The notes beneath the pieces are model-generated. The model worked only from the letters and a program-made list of their open reading frames with translations, did no database searches and was not told the origin of the DNA. A stretch of 52,805 bases of DNA from Torpedo marmorata. Its lineage: Eukaryota. Location of the stretch: NCBI GenBank assembly GCA_977017645.1, contig OZ360241.1, positions 52,525,196 to 52,578,000 on the forward strand, read 5' to 3'. Position numbers and translations under genes: made by a program. Each line of letters starts with the position of its first letter. Position 1 is the first letter of the stretch. This document shows, one piece after another, positions 35,501-48,805 of the stretch.

Positions 35501-37304
35501 CCTGATGTTGCGTGACCTGCACCATTACAGGTAGGTAAACCATATCTGTCAAAAGTGTAGAACAATTTCACCTTGACTAGAGAACTCTGGTTGCAAACTA
35601 TCACCATTTAGCCGCAAGATCGCAGCTCAAAAGGCAAAGAATGTGCAAGAACAAGCAGATTTCACTGGCTTATTGATTTTACAATTTTTTTATTATTATC
35701 TAAGTTGAAACTAACACTGGTAGTGTTCTGTCACAGTTATTTTAAAATGCCTGCTGCACTGCTGTTAATGAAACAATACAGATACTATAATGGCACATTG
35801 ATCTAAATGCAAAGAATAATAAAATCAGTTGGCCAGTGTACTAGCAGTTTTATTTTGAACTAATAGCAATAATGTATGATATAAAGCCAGGTGCTACTTT
35901 CAGTTTATCCCATTTAACTGGTGAGCAATATGAACTCTGAACACATAATGCTGTCATTTCTACACCTGAAATGTTACTGTGCACTTTCAAATCCACGCGA
36001 TTACACTGGATTCCAACTAATATCTAGCTACTCAAGTACTTTAAGCTGCTAATAAATGAATGTGGTGGTTTACTTTTGCCGTACGTTAACTTCAAACAGA
36101 TTTCATTCTAACCTGCTATTTGCACTTCTCCTTCTCTGCAGTCCTTCTCTTCGCAAAATTCCATTCTTTTGACGGTTATTACAAATCTACCAAGCTCACC
36201 TTTCTCCACTTTTAAATGTAGGCATTAGTACACAGAATTTTCAATGGCATGCACTTTACCATCTGAGTTTCTGCAGCTCAAATTTCCCGTGACTCTTCAG
36301 AAACCATTGTTCAAGACCTTCCTCATTTGCATGAAGGTTTTGGTCTTTGCTCTCGTTGACGGATGAACAGAAGGAGGCCATTTAGCTCCTGATGCTTGTT
36401 CCCCCTTCTAGAATATTATGGTTGCTCAGTGACACAAACTCATTTTCCTTTCTCCAATATCTTGCCTGGCTGTGCTTCCCTGTTTGTGATATTAATTTTG
36501 AGCCACTGTATATAAATGCAGGTCAATGTTTTGAAGTAATAGAACGGTATCATTCTTGGGGACGAATTGGAGTAGGAGAAGGCACTTGTGGAACCAGCAT
36601 ACCCTGATGGGCTGAATGGCCCAGTTCCATTACTTTTAAATAATCTGCATTATTGTAGGATTGAGCAAGAAGAGGCAAAAGATTCATTTCCATTGAGCAA
36701 AAGGAACATAACAGATTAACCCCATTCATTGGCTTGGGGGATACCACTAGAGGATTGTAAGGACAGATACACACAGGTGTCTATTCAAAAGGGGTGAAAC
36801 CTGCGCATTTTAACATCTTAGTGCTTTCTTAATTGTTTTTATGAACAATGTCACACATAAAATAATTTTTAGCCTGAACAGCTGCAAACACAAAAGAATA
36901 GGGGGAGGGAATGAGGGAGTGGTATTACGTAGAAAGAGGTGAAATAGAAAATTGTGTTAAAAAGGCTAATTATAAAAAGTAATGCAGGAGGGAGTGTGTT
37001 GGGGTTGAAGTCCAGGGGGAAAGTAAGATTTGACATCCAGTGTGAGACTCTGAAACATTTGTGATCATCAACAGTACCTTTTGAGAGATGACTAAAAGGC
37101 TTTAGGGGCCTGGTCCCCTACTCCTTCTCCCATTTTCTTATGTTCCAGATTGCGTGTCATGAGATCTCGATACTAAACTCTATACTGGTTGAATGGCCTC
37201 TTTCAACCATTTGAACAACCTAGTCCTTGGACACCCACATTGCGTTGACATGTTCAGGAATGGTGCTTTTTCCTTCAATGTACAGTTCCTTAGCCGCAAT
37301 TGTA

Positions 37305-37710
37305 AATTTAGGAGAATGAGGGGGGAATCTCATTGAAACTTTTCGAATGTTGAAAGGCATGGACAGAGGAGATGTAGAAAAGTTGTTTCCCATGGTGGGA
37401 GATCCAGGACAAGAGGGCACAACTTCAGAATTAAAGGGCGTCCACTTAGAGCAGAGATGCAAAGGAATTCCTTTAGCCGGAGGGTGGTGAATCTGTGGAA
37501 TTTATTGCCACAGGCGGTTGTGGAGGCCGTCATTGGATGTATCTAAGGCAGAGATTGATAGATTCTTGATTAGCCAGGGCATCAAAGATTATGGGGGAAA
37601 AGGCCTGGCATTGGGGCTGTGTGGGAAAATGGATCAGCTCATGATTGAATGGCAGGGCAGACTCGATTGGACTGAATCGTCTATTTCTGCTCCTATGTCT
37701 TATGGTCTTA
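37305..37710 (+). mobile_element. CR1 LINE 3' fragment
   Basis: RRMRGNLIETFRMLKGMDR..FSRRVVNLWNLLP; tail ctgctcctatgtcttatggtctt. Confidence 0.85.
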
Positions 37711-39776
37711 ATTAGACGGAGTGTTTGTACACTTGGTCTTACCAAGATTTTTTTAAAGCACCTCTGAACGGTGGGGCACTGCTTTAATTCCAACCCATCC
37801 AGGTGGATTGAGAGTATTCTTTCACTCAGGGCTGTCTTGTATTTTATCTATAAAGAGTTTGGACAGTTCTCAGTCTCATATACTGTTTATGATTGAATTC
37901 CTGAAGCTACTAATGCACTTCGCAATAAGCCTGATCCACAGAATGACATAAACCACTTCTGTTTCCACCTTTCACAGTACCTTGAGGTTATAGGAATGCA
38001 AGGTATGATAAGAAGCATGCTGAGCTAGGAAGGAGGAGAGAATTTTTTTTATTCCCGAGCCTCAGACAAGGAAATTCTAAATGACCTATGCTGCTTTGTT
38101 TGTGGAAGTGATCAATGCTGTTATTGAATTGTACAAAATTCCTCTAAATTGTACAAAAAGAAGAATAAAGTAGTGGTACAAAGTAGCTGCTTTCTTAATA
38201 TGATTGTTGATGTTGCTAGATTTTTCAGTCACATTTAGAATTTCTGCTAAACAACCCCCCCACCCCCCCCCCCCCACGCACCCCCCGCCCCAGGTACAAG
38301 GGGCTCACAGATTTCTTACAGTTGACCCACTGAAGGCGTCACAGGGCCAAGAGTGGCCCACTGATGAGTCACTTCAACCAAAGCCTTGCAGGCAGCTGAA
38401 TCCTCTTGATGGAGGTATGGTGACTTGTTTAATTTCCTCTCAAATGGGGACCCCAGACACATAGAGGAACCTCCAAGAAAGAAAATAAATCATATAAGAA
38501 CTATATGGTGACACAAAAAGTAGCAGGAAGGCCTCGAAATACACGGTGGAACAATAGTGTTCAAATACTTAGTGCATTAGCGAGAGAATTATGTTGCCTG
38601 GTATTTATTAGACCTACTTTGTGTAAACAGGCAAATAGGAGAAACAAATTTATACTGTGGTATTAATTGTTTCATTGCCAAAATCAAATGTGTTATTTTG
38701 ATGTCAAAACCAAGGTAGCAATTAAGATGCTTTTTTTATTTTGTTCATGTTGAGGGCTCAGTCTGAACATTGTAATCCTCAAAATACAGTTATGATGTGA
38801 TACAATAAATGCTGGAAATGAACACCAAGCTGAACAGTTGTCGACCAAGAAGCTTTAACTTATGAGATCAGCGCCACACCAACCTTTCTTCTTCCTTCAG
38901 ATTTCACGGAGTGTCACATTTATCATGGGTGTTGGTTTTAAAAGAATGGTAGCAAATCTGAACTTGTTTTACACTGGTCTTCAGTGACTTCAGTGGAAAG
39001 GAAAATTAGGTAGAATGTAACGTGGACTGATTGGCTCTTGCTTTTTGTTTACCCTAACACCTGAAGCAAATTTCACTTTCCGTGATTTTCTCTGTTAACT
39101 CAACCAGCAGCTTACGACACTTTATGGTGTCATCTCTCCTCTGTACATGGTTTTAGCATCTAAACAATGATGTGCATCACCATTGGTAGAATAGGAGGGG
39201 GAAAGTTCAAACATTTCATTACTTATCCACCAGTCTTGGATATTGGGGTATATTTAGAATGTAGGCATGGATAGGGATAAATGTGACATTAAACTAAATA
39301 TAGATTCATCACGTGGAGTTGTGTATGAAAACCTTGTGATCATTTAGATGTGAATATTATTTTCTGCTTCTTTGCTCACTTATCCTGGAGGAGCATTCAT
39401 TGCAAACTCCCAGATCTTCGACCAAAATAAATTCCAACTCTTGTTGAGACTATCTATGGTTTGCCCCATGGCCAGTCCAGTGACAGTGGTATGAATTTAA
39501 AAAGGAAATTACCTTCAATTGGAATTGACCTTATATAATTTAATGTCTCTAAAGTAAATATGAAAATGGTTTTCTATTAGAAAAATATGATCTTTACCGG
39601 TATATGATCTTATCAAAGTTTATATTCAGTGAGCTGTACTGTATTTCTTACTATATATGTCTAAACAGCGATGTCAAATACTCGCATTTGCATTCGGACT
39701 GTTGACTTCTGTACAATGGTTTCCTACAAGATGATCGATATTCTCTCTCTAAGGAAGAAAGTTTGACTGTATTCAT

Positions 39777-39812
39777 TGTAAATAATTGTTGATGTAATAA
39801 AATATCAATAAA
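39777..39812 (+). promoter_or_regulatory. Candidate distal polyadenylation signal cluster
   Basis: TGTAAATA at 39777-39784 and AATAAA at 39796-39801 and 39807-39812, preceded by several TGTA motifs in AT-rich unique sequence. Confidence 0.45.
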
Positions 39813-41329
39813 CTCTTTTATAGCTACAACTATCATGTCAATAATGTGACAGATAAAAATTGTACACTGCTTAAGATTGTTTTTAGTTCATCAGAACTGC
39901 TAGGAATGGTCGGGTGATTGAGATGTGAAATCGGATTTATCACACACAGAACAAACAGCAAACAGCAAAGGAGCTTGTTGCTTTATTGAGCAAACTGTAC
40001 AAGACTGTCGTGTATAAAATGACATTGTATGTAAATTCTAAAAAATGATGCCAGCAATTGATTAACACTCCCTCAATCAGTGCTTCATGGGTGTTTTAGT
40101 TTAGATAATGACATCCAGATATCCCATAACAGAATTCAGTATCTAAACGTTGAGATGCTCTCAGCATGATACGTAAGGCTGACAGAAGATTTGATGGCAA
40201 ACTAATGAAACATGAGCTCAAGAAATAAATTGGTTATTTTAAGCAACTGAAAATAGTGAGCACGTTAAGGTCAGTTGATTCACGCCTCAGCTGAAAATTA
40301 TGGACAGACACGTCATGTCCCCTCACTCAGCCCAAACCATCATGTAATCAGCCAGGACAGGCAAACCATCACTCCGGCCCAACTCTCCCTGCCCCTTTCC
40401 CCTGCTACCCAACCCCACCAACTGCCCCCCCCACCCCACTCCACTCTCCCCTTCCATTCAGAATCATCAGGGAATGATAAATAATGAACAATTTAAACTC
40501 AATGAGGTTGGTCAAATGAATTATTTATTCCACTTCAGTGCATAGATATGAACCCAGTCTAGGCTGGACAAATGGGAGCTTCCCTGTTGTATCACTATCA
40601 TGAGAATTAAGTGTTACATGGATCTAGATGATCCTCTTCCACGTGTGAGCAGGAACGAACATTCAAAACAACCCCTCATTCAGTGCCTGAGGTCCGATGG
40701 GACATACAGAGGAAAATCATAGTCTTTCAAGGTTGGAGTTAGGAACAAATGGAAAAGCGAGTAGTCCAATAGAATATGTGCCCTCAGCCTCAGTAACCTT
40801 GATCAACACCCACTCACTCTACATCACACCCACCAACTCCCCCCTTTCCTGCCCCAACAGCACCCCTCCCCCAATTTATTTTATTCAGTGTGTGAGTTAC
40901 TACTATTTAACATCAATAGAAACAAATTCACATCTGTTCATCTGGGGAAAAAAATCATTTTCAACTGAAAAGGATTCACTAAAATTACAAGACAAATGAA
41001 CAGTTGCAGATTTCTGTTTAGAATAGAACATCTTGGGATATAAAGTGCTTTACAATGGGTTTAAACATTTGGCCAGAGTTAAGGAATGGAGCAGATGTTT
41101 GGAGAGAAAGCACCACAGAAACATTCTATCCCATTTTAAAAGCATAGGAAAAGCAAGTCAATTTAAACTCGCAATGCCATCTGTTTATTCAAAAAAAGTC
41201 AATCTAGGTGGCCATTTCACTAATGAAATGGTATTGTGATAACTGCTACAAAATGTTCAACATCTGGTGTGATGGCTATGATGAATGTTCTGTTATAGTG
41301 AATGCAGAGCTGACAGAAACACTTGAAAA

Positions 41330-42510
41330 GCAAAAACCTGCAGATGTTGGAAATCTGAAATGAAAACAGAGAACACTGAATATATTCTGCAGGTCGGGCG
41401 CCATCTGTGGAGAGTTAAGGTTTCAGGTCAGGAAACATTAAAAAAAATCAAACATGTTTTAAGCAGCAGTAAAGAATGAGGTGTGGAGATAATAAACAGA
41501 GTGTCCAATGAGGTGGAGACAAAGCATGACTGATTGACACATTGGTGTCAGCTGAGAGAGAGTGCAGGAATATTTTAACCTCATCCTATCTGCCTGGAGG
41601 AGATGTAAATAAAAGAAGAAAGAAAATAAAAGGTAAGAGGCAAAACTATAGGACTCCTAGAGAATTTAAGATACAAAACACTGCAGTTATTAGAAATCAG
41701 AAATAAAGCAGAGAATTTTGGAACTGGTCAGGTAGTATTGGTGTAGAGGAAATGGCATAAACCTTTCACCAAAATGACTGTGCTGAGACAAGCTGGAAAG
41801 GCTAGTTATCTAAAGTTGCTAAATTCAGTGTAAAGTTCTGAGGGTTGTGATATAGCTGGTTGGAAGATGATATGCTGTTCCACAAGATTATGTTGAACTT
41901 TGTTGGAGCGATCAATGTCAGAGCCCAAAGACAGAAATGTCAGAGCTGAAGTGAGATGTGGAGTGAATGGAGGTATTTTGCAGAGTAGTCACCTTATCTG
42001 AGTCAGTTGTCTGCAATCTAGAGGAGATCATATCATGAGCACAGGATACATTAAATTAAGTACAAGGGCTTCCACCTGAATGGACTGCTTAGGTCCCTGA
42101 AAGGTGGGAAGGGAAGAAGTAAAGGGGCGAACGTTGAATCTTCTGCGCTTGCATGGGGATGTGACAATAAGAAGGTGATGGGAATGGTGGATGTGGAGGT
42201 GTTGAACCAGGGAATAACAGAGGAAAATGTCTCTCTGAAATACTAGAATTGAGGATGTGTCTGGTGGTGGCATCATGAAGGTGGCAGAAATCGTAGCTGT
42301 GAATCTTTGAAGCATCAGCATCTCTGCTCATTCATCATCACCCCGCTCTTGCATCATTCAATCTCTCCTGGCCTCACAGACAACCCCTTTGTTCTCTTCA
42401 CCTCCCCCTTCTCTCCAACTTAAAACTAGTTCTGACGAAAGGTCATCAACCTGAAATGTTAATTCTGTTTATTTTTCAACAGATACAGTCGGACTGGCAG
42501 AATATTTACT
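41330..42510 (-). mobile_element. Degenerate Penelope-like element: GIY-YIG region with 3' pLTR and inverted 5' pLTR
   Basis: Minus-strand peptides FCHLHDATTRHI, FQRD..L..SLV, PCKRRRFNVRPFTSSLPTFQGPKQSIQV and EQHIIFQPAISQPSELYTEFSNFR* match the PLE Zn-linker/GIY-YIG C-terminus. The + strand hammerhead CTGACGA..aggt/acct..GAAA-tg-TT at 42432-42460 lies in the inverted pLTR. Confidence 0.8.
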
Positions 42511-42579
42511 GATTGAGGTATTTGCTAAAAGTTGAGTGCTTTAATGAAAAAACTATTTATATTCAAGTTCGAAATTAAT

Positions 42580-42715
42580 AGATCTTTTAATGTTAAGGAG
42601 ATCAAAGGATATAGGGTTATAGTAGGAAAGTGGCAATGAGGTAAAAAAAAATTAGCCATGATATTATTAAATAGGGACTGAATGGCCTACTCTGCTTTTA
42701 CTTTTTATGTTCTTA
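42580..42715 (+). mobile_element. CR1 3' UTR fragment
   Basis: atcaaaggatataggg..ctgaatggcctactctgctt..ttatgttcttatg. Confidence 0.6.
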
Positions 42716-43059
42716 TGCTTGCCTACAAGCTTGGATCAGTGGAGATTGACAAATGGTGTAAGTACACAGCTTGGTCTTATTCCTTTGCACATTATATGCT
42801 CTTGATCATCACTTACGAAGGAGTGCACGGCACTGCTGAAGATACAATCCCTCAGATAAGACATCTACCTTATGGGCCTTCTCTGTGATCAGGAAGTGAG
42901 TTGTTGTGAGGAAGATAGAGAGAACAATGGGAGATGCTCTCTCTGAGAGACAGGATGCTTAGCAAGGTTGACAGCTTCGAAGCTAAGAGACTAGTCTCTC
43001 AGCCTGGTGCTTTTGAATTCTAGATAAAGGGTTGGCCACACTTCTTTGCTCATTGTTGC

Positions 43060-43328
43060 AAATTTAATTTATTTTTAAATTTAATTTAGAGATACAGCAC
43101 GGTAACAGGCCCAGCCACGAGTCCACACCGCTCAAATACTCTCATGTGACCAAAGAATCTACTAACCCCGGACGTTTTTTGGAGGGTGGGAGGAAACCGG
43201 AGCACCCAGAGGAAACCCACGTGGAAACGAGGAGAACGTACAAACTCCTTACAGACAGTGCCGGATTTAAACCCGGGTTGCTGGCGCTGTAATAGTGTTG
43301 TGCCGACCGTATCGCTAACCGTGCCGCT
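43060..43328 (-). mobile_element. V-SINE
   Basis: Reverse complement of the 11965 copy. Confidence 0.88.
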
Positions 43329-43585
43329 CTTCTTTAGCATTCCGCATTAAAAGCTGCTGGAAACACTCATCAGGTCCAGCAGAATCGGTGGAATCATCAG
43401 CCCGAAGTCTGGCTAATTCAGGTGCAGTCATCAACCAGTTATATTAGTTTTTTTTCTCTCTCCACAGATGCAACCTGACACACTAAGTGGTTACAACATT
43501 TTCTGTTTCATCTCAAATTTCCAGCATATATTTTTTCATTTAGAATGCTGCAACTTGGATGCTGCAGATGCTCAGTCAATTAATA

Positions 43586-43807
43586 CAGTAAAACCCCTGG
43601 TATCCGGCACCTATGGGGATTGGTAGATGCTGGATAAGTGAATTTTCTGGTTGCTTGAGATTGTGTGTTGCGTGGATTGGTGAACTAACTGCTTGGGGGC
43701 ACCAATTTTAAACTTCAGTATTTTTTACCTATTTATTTTCTGCTATTTTTTTCTCAGTTGCTTGAGGCTGCCGGTTGCTTGAATTCCTGATAATGGGGAT
43801 TTTACTG
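43586..43807. mobile_element. Pogo/Tigger-type MITE, copy 3
   Basis: TA|CAGTAAAACCCC...GGGATTTTACTG|TA; body matches 14195-14415 but the flanks are different. Confidence 0.88.
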
Positions 43808-44333
43808 TATATTCAAGGGTGAAATCGATGGAAGTTTGGACACTTAAGCAATCAAAAGATGTGAGGATTGAACATGGCTTGAGGCCACATATCTGCTGGA
43901 TGCAGAGCAGGCTTGAGAGCTTAAATGGCCTTGCTTTACTTCGATTTCTGATTCTTATATGTTAAAAAATATCTGTAGAATTATTCGGTGGAAGGCAAAC
44001 ATTCCTCCAGCAATTCTGATCAAAATTCTTCCATCAACGTCATTGAAATTGTTTAGCTTGTTAATTTTCGCTTTGGGGGAACCCAACTATATTTAGATTC
44101 TACTTCCACTTCAGTTTGTATAAGAATGATTTTTGATGTCTGGAGGGAGTGCAATATAAATGGCAAGTTCTTTGAAGAAATATAATTGTGGTCAATCTTC
44201 AAACAAAATTTATATTGCTCCATTCAGGATATTCCAAGTGGCTTTACATGCTTTTGAAATGTAATAAAGGAAACACAGTAACTAAATTGAGGACAGTACG
44301 TTCCTGTAAGCAGTAGCATGATAATTTCCAGAT

Positions 44334-44943
44334 AACTGGACAACAAAGAATTTGCTTCCTGAACACTTTTGGGTGTATTTTATGGATTTTGGGCTGCTGA
44401 TTACGAAAATCACCTTAAAACTTTCCTATCACGTACCATTTTTTAGATATAATCTATTTTTGTGATTTTCTGTCATATTTTTATGCTTCAAGCATACAAA
44501 ACTATGAAGTGCAACATGTCATTGAAAATTTATTTTCTGCATTCGCATTTGGACCTTCCCTGCTGATCTTGGTGCAGTCAGTGACGAACATGGTGAAAGG
44601 TTTCACCAGGATATTGCGACCATAGAAGAGCGGTATCAGGACAACTGGAATCCATCAATGCTGCCTGACTATTGTTGGACACTGACACGAGAAGCATCAG
44701 ATGCTGAGTACAAACGAAAAACAGCAGCAAAACATTTTTAGGTCAGTTGAACTAACGCAATGTGTCAGCATCATTATGCGATTAAACATACTAAATTCAA
44801 TAAAAGTTACTTTAATGTTTCTCAAACTTCCTACGTGATACAGCAAATCTGAAATTATCTTTGTGTTCAGCTTGAAGTTGTCTATCATAATCCCCAATAT
44901 ATTTTCAGGAAGCAAACCATTTTAAAAAATTTGTTGTCCAGTG
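44334..44943 (+). mobile_element. Internally deleted Chapaev3-like (CMC) DNA transposon with transposase C-terminus
   Basis: TIRs actggacaacaaa..ttgcttcctgaa / ttcaggaagcaa..tttgttgtccagtg. 44483-44741 translates, with one frameshift, CNMSLKIYFLHSHLD/FPADLGAVSDEHGERFHQDIATIEERYQDNWNPSMLPDYCWTL. The family name is from recalled motifs. Confidence 0.75.
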
Positions 44944-45389
44944 TTATTGACCTCAAAATTGGGACATTGGTCAGCTGCATTTCCCAAATGTCTCTTAATT
45001 TGCAGGTGTTTATATTAACCCCTGGTTTGCAAGAATATTAAGCTAACCAAATCTGATGGCGAGAGCTTCCTATTCTATTTGAACAGAGCTTTTTTAAAAT
45101 TTTCTGTCAAAGTGTGGGATGCAAAATTAATGGGGTTTACCTGCCTGCCATTCATTACATGGCGGCTCACTGCCCTAAGGTCTTAGCTTAACTCATGAAA
45201 TAGTGTGGCAATGGACAAGAAGAACTTTTCTCCTTAACTATCTTCTCGCTCCATCATTCATTGAAAACCAATTTTTCACATCTCAAGACTCTTTTTCAGA
45301 GCTGGCTGCAGTATGAGTATTCACAAAATTGGATTTGTCTCGTGTATTTGCAATTAAACGGTGATCAAGATAGACAACAGTGTTTAACT

Positions 45390-47490
45390 ATCAAAACAAA
45401 CCACAGTCAGCAGTCCTGCTGCTAGAATAAAATGTGAATTATATTGTACAATTCCAAAAGATAACGTCTGTTCAGGTCCGATCATCACTTTATGACCATT
45501 TATAGCGGCTTGTACCTTTTATTCTATGGGCTACAAACCATGTGCATCGACTCATAACCCAAGATAAAACACTTAATAGAGTGAAACACAAATGTCTGCA
45601 AATGCGGTGATTGTAGTAAAATGCTGGAGAAACTCAGCAGATCACCCAGCGTCCATCGGAGGTAAAGATACCTTGAAGAATGGGTCATGCCTGAAACGTT
45701 GGTTATACCTCCCACGGACGCTGCAAGACCTGCTGAGTTCCTCCAGCATTTTTGTGTGTTTTTATATAAACCACTTAATGTGGCAAAAACTTACATTTGC
45801 TTTTCATCAACTTCACATTATGCCAGTGTAATTGTTTCAGAACTTCAGCTAATATTTAAAGATTTCATTCTTCAGGGCACAAGTAATCAGAACACTCATA
45901 TTTATCCCTTGTAAAATTTTGTGTGTTGTGTCATGGAAGAACTTGGGGGATGTTTTAACAGAATCACAGAGTTTCGTGTAAGAAAAGAGTTCTTCCTGTG
46001 TACTGATGGCTAACTATTGTTTGCTATCCTGATTGACATCTAATTGCATTTACTCATGGGATAAATCCAATTTTGAAAATGCTTTTGCTCTCGCCCGCTT
46101 TTATGAAGTTGGCAGTGAATATTGCTCAGCTTCCACTGTTTGATTGAGTGTGACCTTATATTTGGAAAAAGACCTGACTGCTTATCTGATTTGAGAACCA
46201 TCACATCATTGCGGCCTAATTACAATAATCTGTCTCTGCCAAAACTTCATACTCCTGCACTGCATCCAATGCAAATTTTACTCAGGTTATTGTAAGGGAC
46301 AAACCAAGCAATGCAATAAATAGGTTTCACACCTGGCTTAACATGGATGTTCAAAATGGCATTTAATATCATTAGAACAATGGTCAAACCTCTTAACAGA
46401 GCAGTCCACACCAATGTCACTATCCATATTGATTTGCTTCCTTATTGATTAAAATGTGCCCAGAAATCTTGATCACCTGATTTCCATTTTGCCAACTTAC
46501 ATGTATAAACAAGCCAGTTTCTTCATCATTGCCTACTTAGAACACAAACACCATTTCTTCAGCCTCCTCATCAATGTCTACGCAATGAAGTTTAACATGA
46601 TATCTGACCTTGCTTTCAGTTTGGCATGTGTCCTGCATGGTGCAGTAAAATGACCCTACATCACTACGTGTAGCTGACAGTTGTTTCCTATTTGCCTCAC
46701 TGCTCTGGCTGATTGTCATTATGTCTTCCACAAGTAGATTGCCGAGACATAACGCTTTTCAGTCTGGTTCAGATTAGACACTGCAGTCTGCACAGCATGA
46801 ACTATTTAGGATGGAAGAAACTCTTCTGCATTTAACATTGCCAGCTCCATCGAAGTGTGAGTAAATTGGTCAGGGTATTGTATATCTCTGGTTAAGAATA
46901 TCGCTTTCTTCTCTTGAATTGCCTCATTGACCACTTCAGCATTTGTCTCGAAATTTAAAATACCATTGGTCTAAACATGCCCCGAACATTTAACATATGA
47001 AGTGAATGACTGTAGTCTAAATCCTTATTGAAAGCCCCTGGCTTTTCAAAATAAACAATGTTCCCATTTGTTCTTCTTTCAGCTCTCCTTGGTGCCAAAA
47101 GTGATGATGCCATATACAACTAAACATGATTTTCTTGCTTTTCAGAAACTTTTAGTTCACTGGCTGCATGATTCTACCTACCGAACCACCTACACTATTT
47201 TTTGAACTTGATTCCCTCAATACGTAAACTGTCAAAGCCTTGTAATCTGCTCCATATGTGTTGGACTGCGCTGCCTCACATGCTTCCTCTATGAAATGCT
47301 GGAAGTATGCAATCCATGTGGAACTGGCGGTTGCTGGTATCACATGAATAGCAGTGCTTTTACAGTGTTTTGGTTTCTTCCCATACTGAGGTTGTTCCAC
47401 TTACTGTTGCTATTGCAAAATAGGTGCATCTCCCGACTCACTCAACAAAAAGCATACAGTCTGTCCATAAATGGAAATCCAATATTTAAG
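45390..47490 (-). mobile_element. Highly degenerate Ty3/Gypsy gag-protease-RT relic
   Basis: Minus-strand fragments in the expected order: protease-like MDSDIGVDCSV, IHVKPGVKPIYC..VPY, YKVTLNQTVEAEQYSLP, FSKLDLS, KILQGI, EVLKQL..KSKCKF. Many stops and frameshifts. Confidence 0.75.
45580..45762 (+). mobile_element. Palindromic pLTR-derived element with hammerhead motif at the apex, inserted in the Gypsy relic
   Basis: Arms aaaatgctggagaaactcagcag / ctgctgagttcctccagcatttt; centre atacc-TTGAAGA-..-GAAA-CG-TT-ggttat (45668-45706). Confidence 0.75.
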
Positions 47491-47821
47491 TAATTGATCT
47501 ATATATGTCTATTACCTTGCAGCATAAATTGGAAACAGTAATGATTAAATGATGCACACTCTCAATGACTATAAAATGCACTCAAATCCCCAGCCCTCAT
47601 TCTTTGTCCTTAACCTTTCCCTCTCCAATTTGTCCCATTGACACGACACCCATCCTCTCACCCTCAAAGGCCCAACTTCTGCTGAAAATGAACATTCATA
47701 GCAGAGCAGAGAGGCTGATGTTGAGGTCCCTGAGAGGATCATTCCAACCAGCCTTGAGGATATTCTGCTGAATGCAGAACATGCTGAGGTTTCCTCTCCT
47801 CCCCCAACCGCTGCCCCCATT

Positions 47822-48805
47822 CTCCCTGCTCTACTCACTTTACACCTACGACTGTGTAGCTCGGTATGACAATAGCACCATCTACAAATTTGCCGACGTT
47901 GTATAAAGGAAGGGGATGAGTCAGCATACAGGATGGAGATTGAAAACCTGGCTGAATGGGGCACCAAAAACAACCTTGCACTCAATGTCACCAAAACTAA
48001 GGAGCTGATTGTTGACTTCAGGAAAGGAAAGCCAGAGGTATACAATCCAGTGATCATTGGGGGATCAGAGGTGGAGAGGGTGAGCAAATTTAGGTTGGGA
48101 GTCACTATCTCAGAGGATTATTCCTGGACCCAACACACCAATGGCATCGTGAAGAAAGCACGTCAGTGCCTCTACTTCCTCAGGAGTTTGCAGAGGTTTG
48201 GTATGACACCAGAAACCCTGGCAAATTTCTACAGATGTGTGGTGGAAAGTATGCTGACCGGCTGCATCATGGTTTGGTTTGGGAACACCAATACCCCTGA
48301 GCGTAAAGCCCTCCAAAAGGTAGTGGACATAGCCCAGGACATTACTGGCAAAACCCTCCCCACTATTGAGTACATCTACAGGGAACGCTGCCGTCGGAGG
48401 GCAGCAGCAATCATCAAAGACCCTCACCACCCAGCACACACTCTGTTCTCGCTGCTGCCATCGGGAAAGAGGTATAGGTGCCACAAGACTCGCACCACCA
48501 GGTTTAGGAACAGCTGCTACCCCTCTACCATCAGAATCCTCAACGACAAAGTCAAATTAGAGACTCATTTAAGGACTCTTTATTGATTTTTCTTTGCTCT
48601 CTCCGTTTAGCACAGTCAGTTTCATTTTCATTTTCAGTTTCATTCGTTACCTGTTAGCAGTTCTTTTGATTGTTTACATGTTTACGCTGTGTACAGTTTT
48701 TTTGCACTACCAATTAGTGGTAATTCTGCCACGCCCGCAGGAAAAAGAATCTCAGGGTTGCATGTGACGTCATGTATGTACTCTGACAATAAATCTGAAA
48801 TCTGA
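47822..48805 (+). mobile_element. Rex1/Babar-type LINE, 5'-truncated
   Basis: LLYSLYTYDCVA..YKFAD, then ORF 47933-48586 (NVTKTKELIVDFRK..HPAHTLFSLLPSGKRYR), a UTR and an (aaatctg)n tail. Confidence 0.92.

Noticed and set aside
38254-38291. Poly-C tract as a functional G-quadruplex or i-motif element
   Set aside because: Simple low-complexity run like several others in the window; no independent support.
46537-47400. Novel protein-coding gene on the minus strand
   Set aside because: Falls within the decayed Gypsy gag-protease region, with multiple stops and frameshifts.
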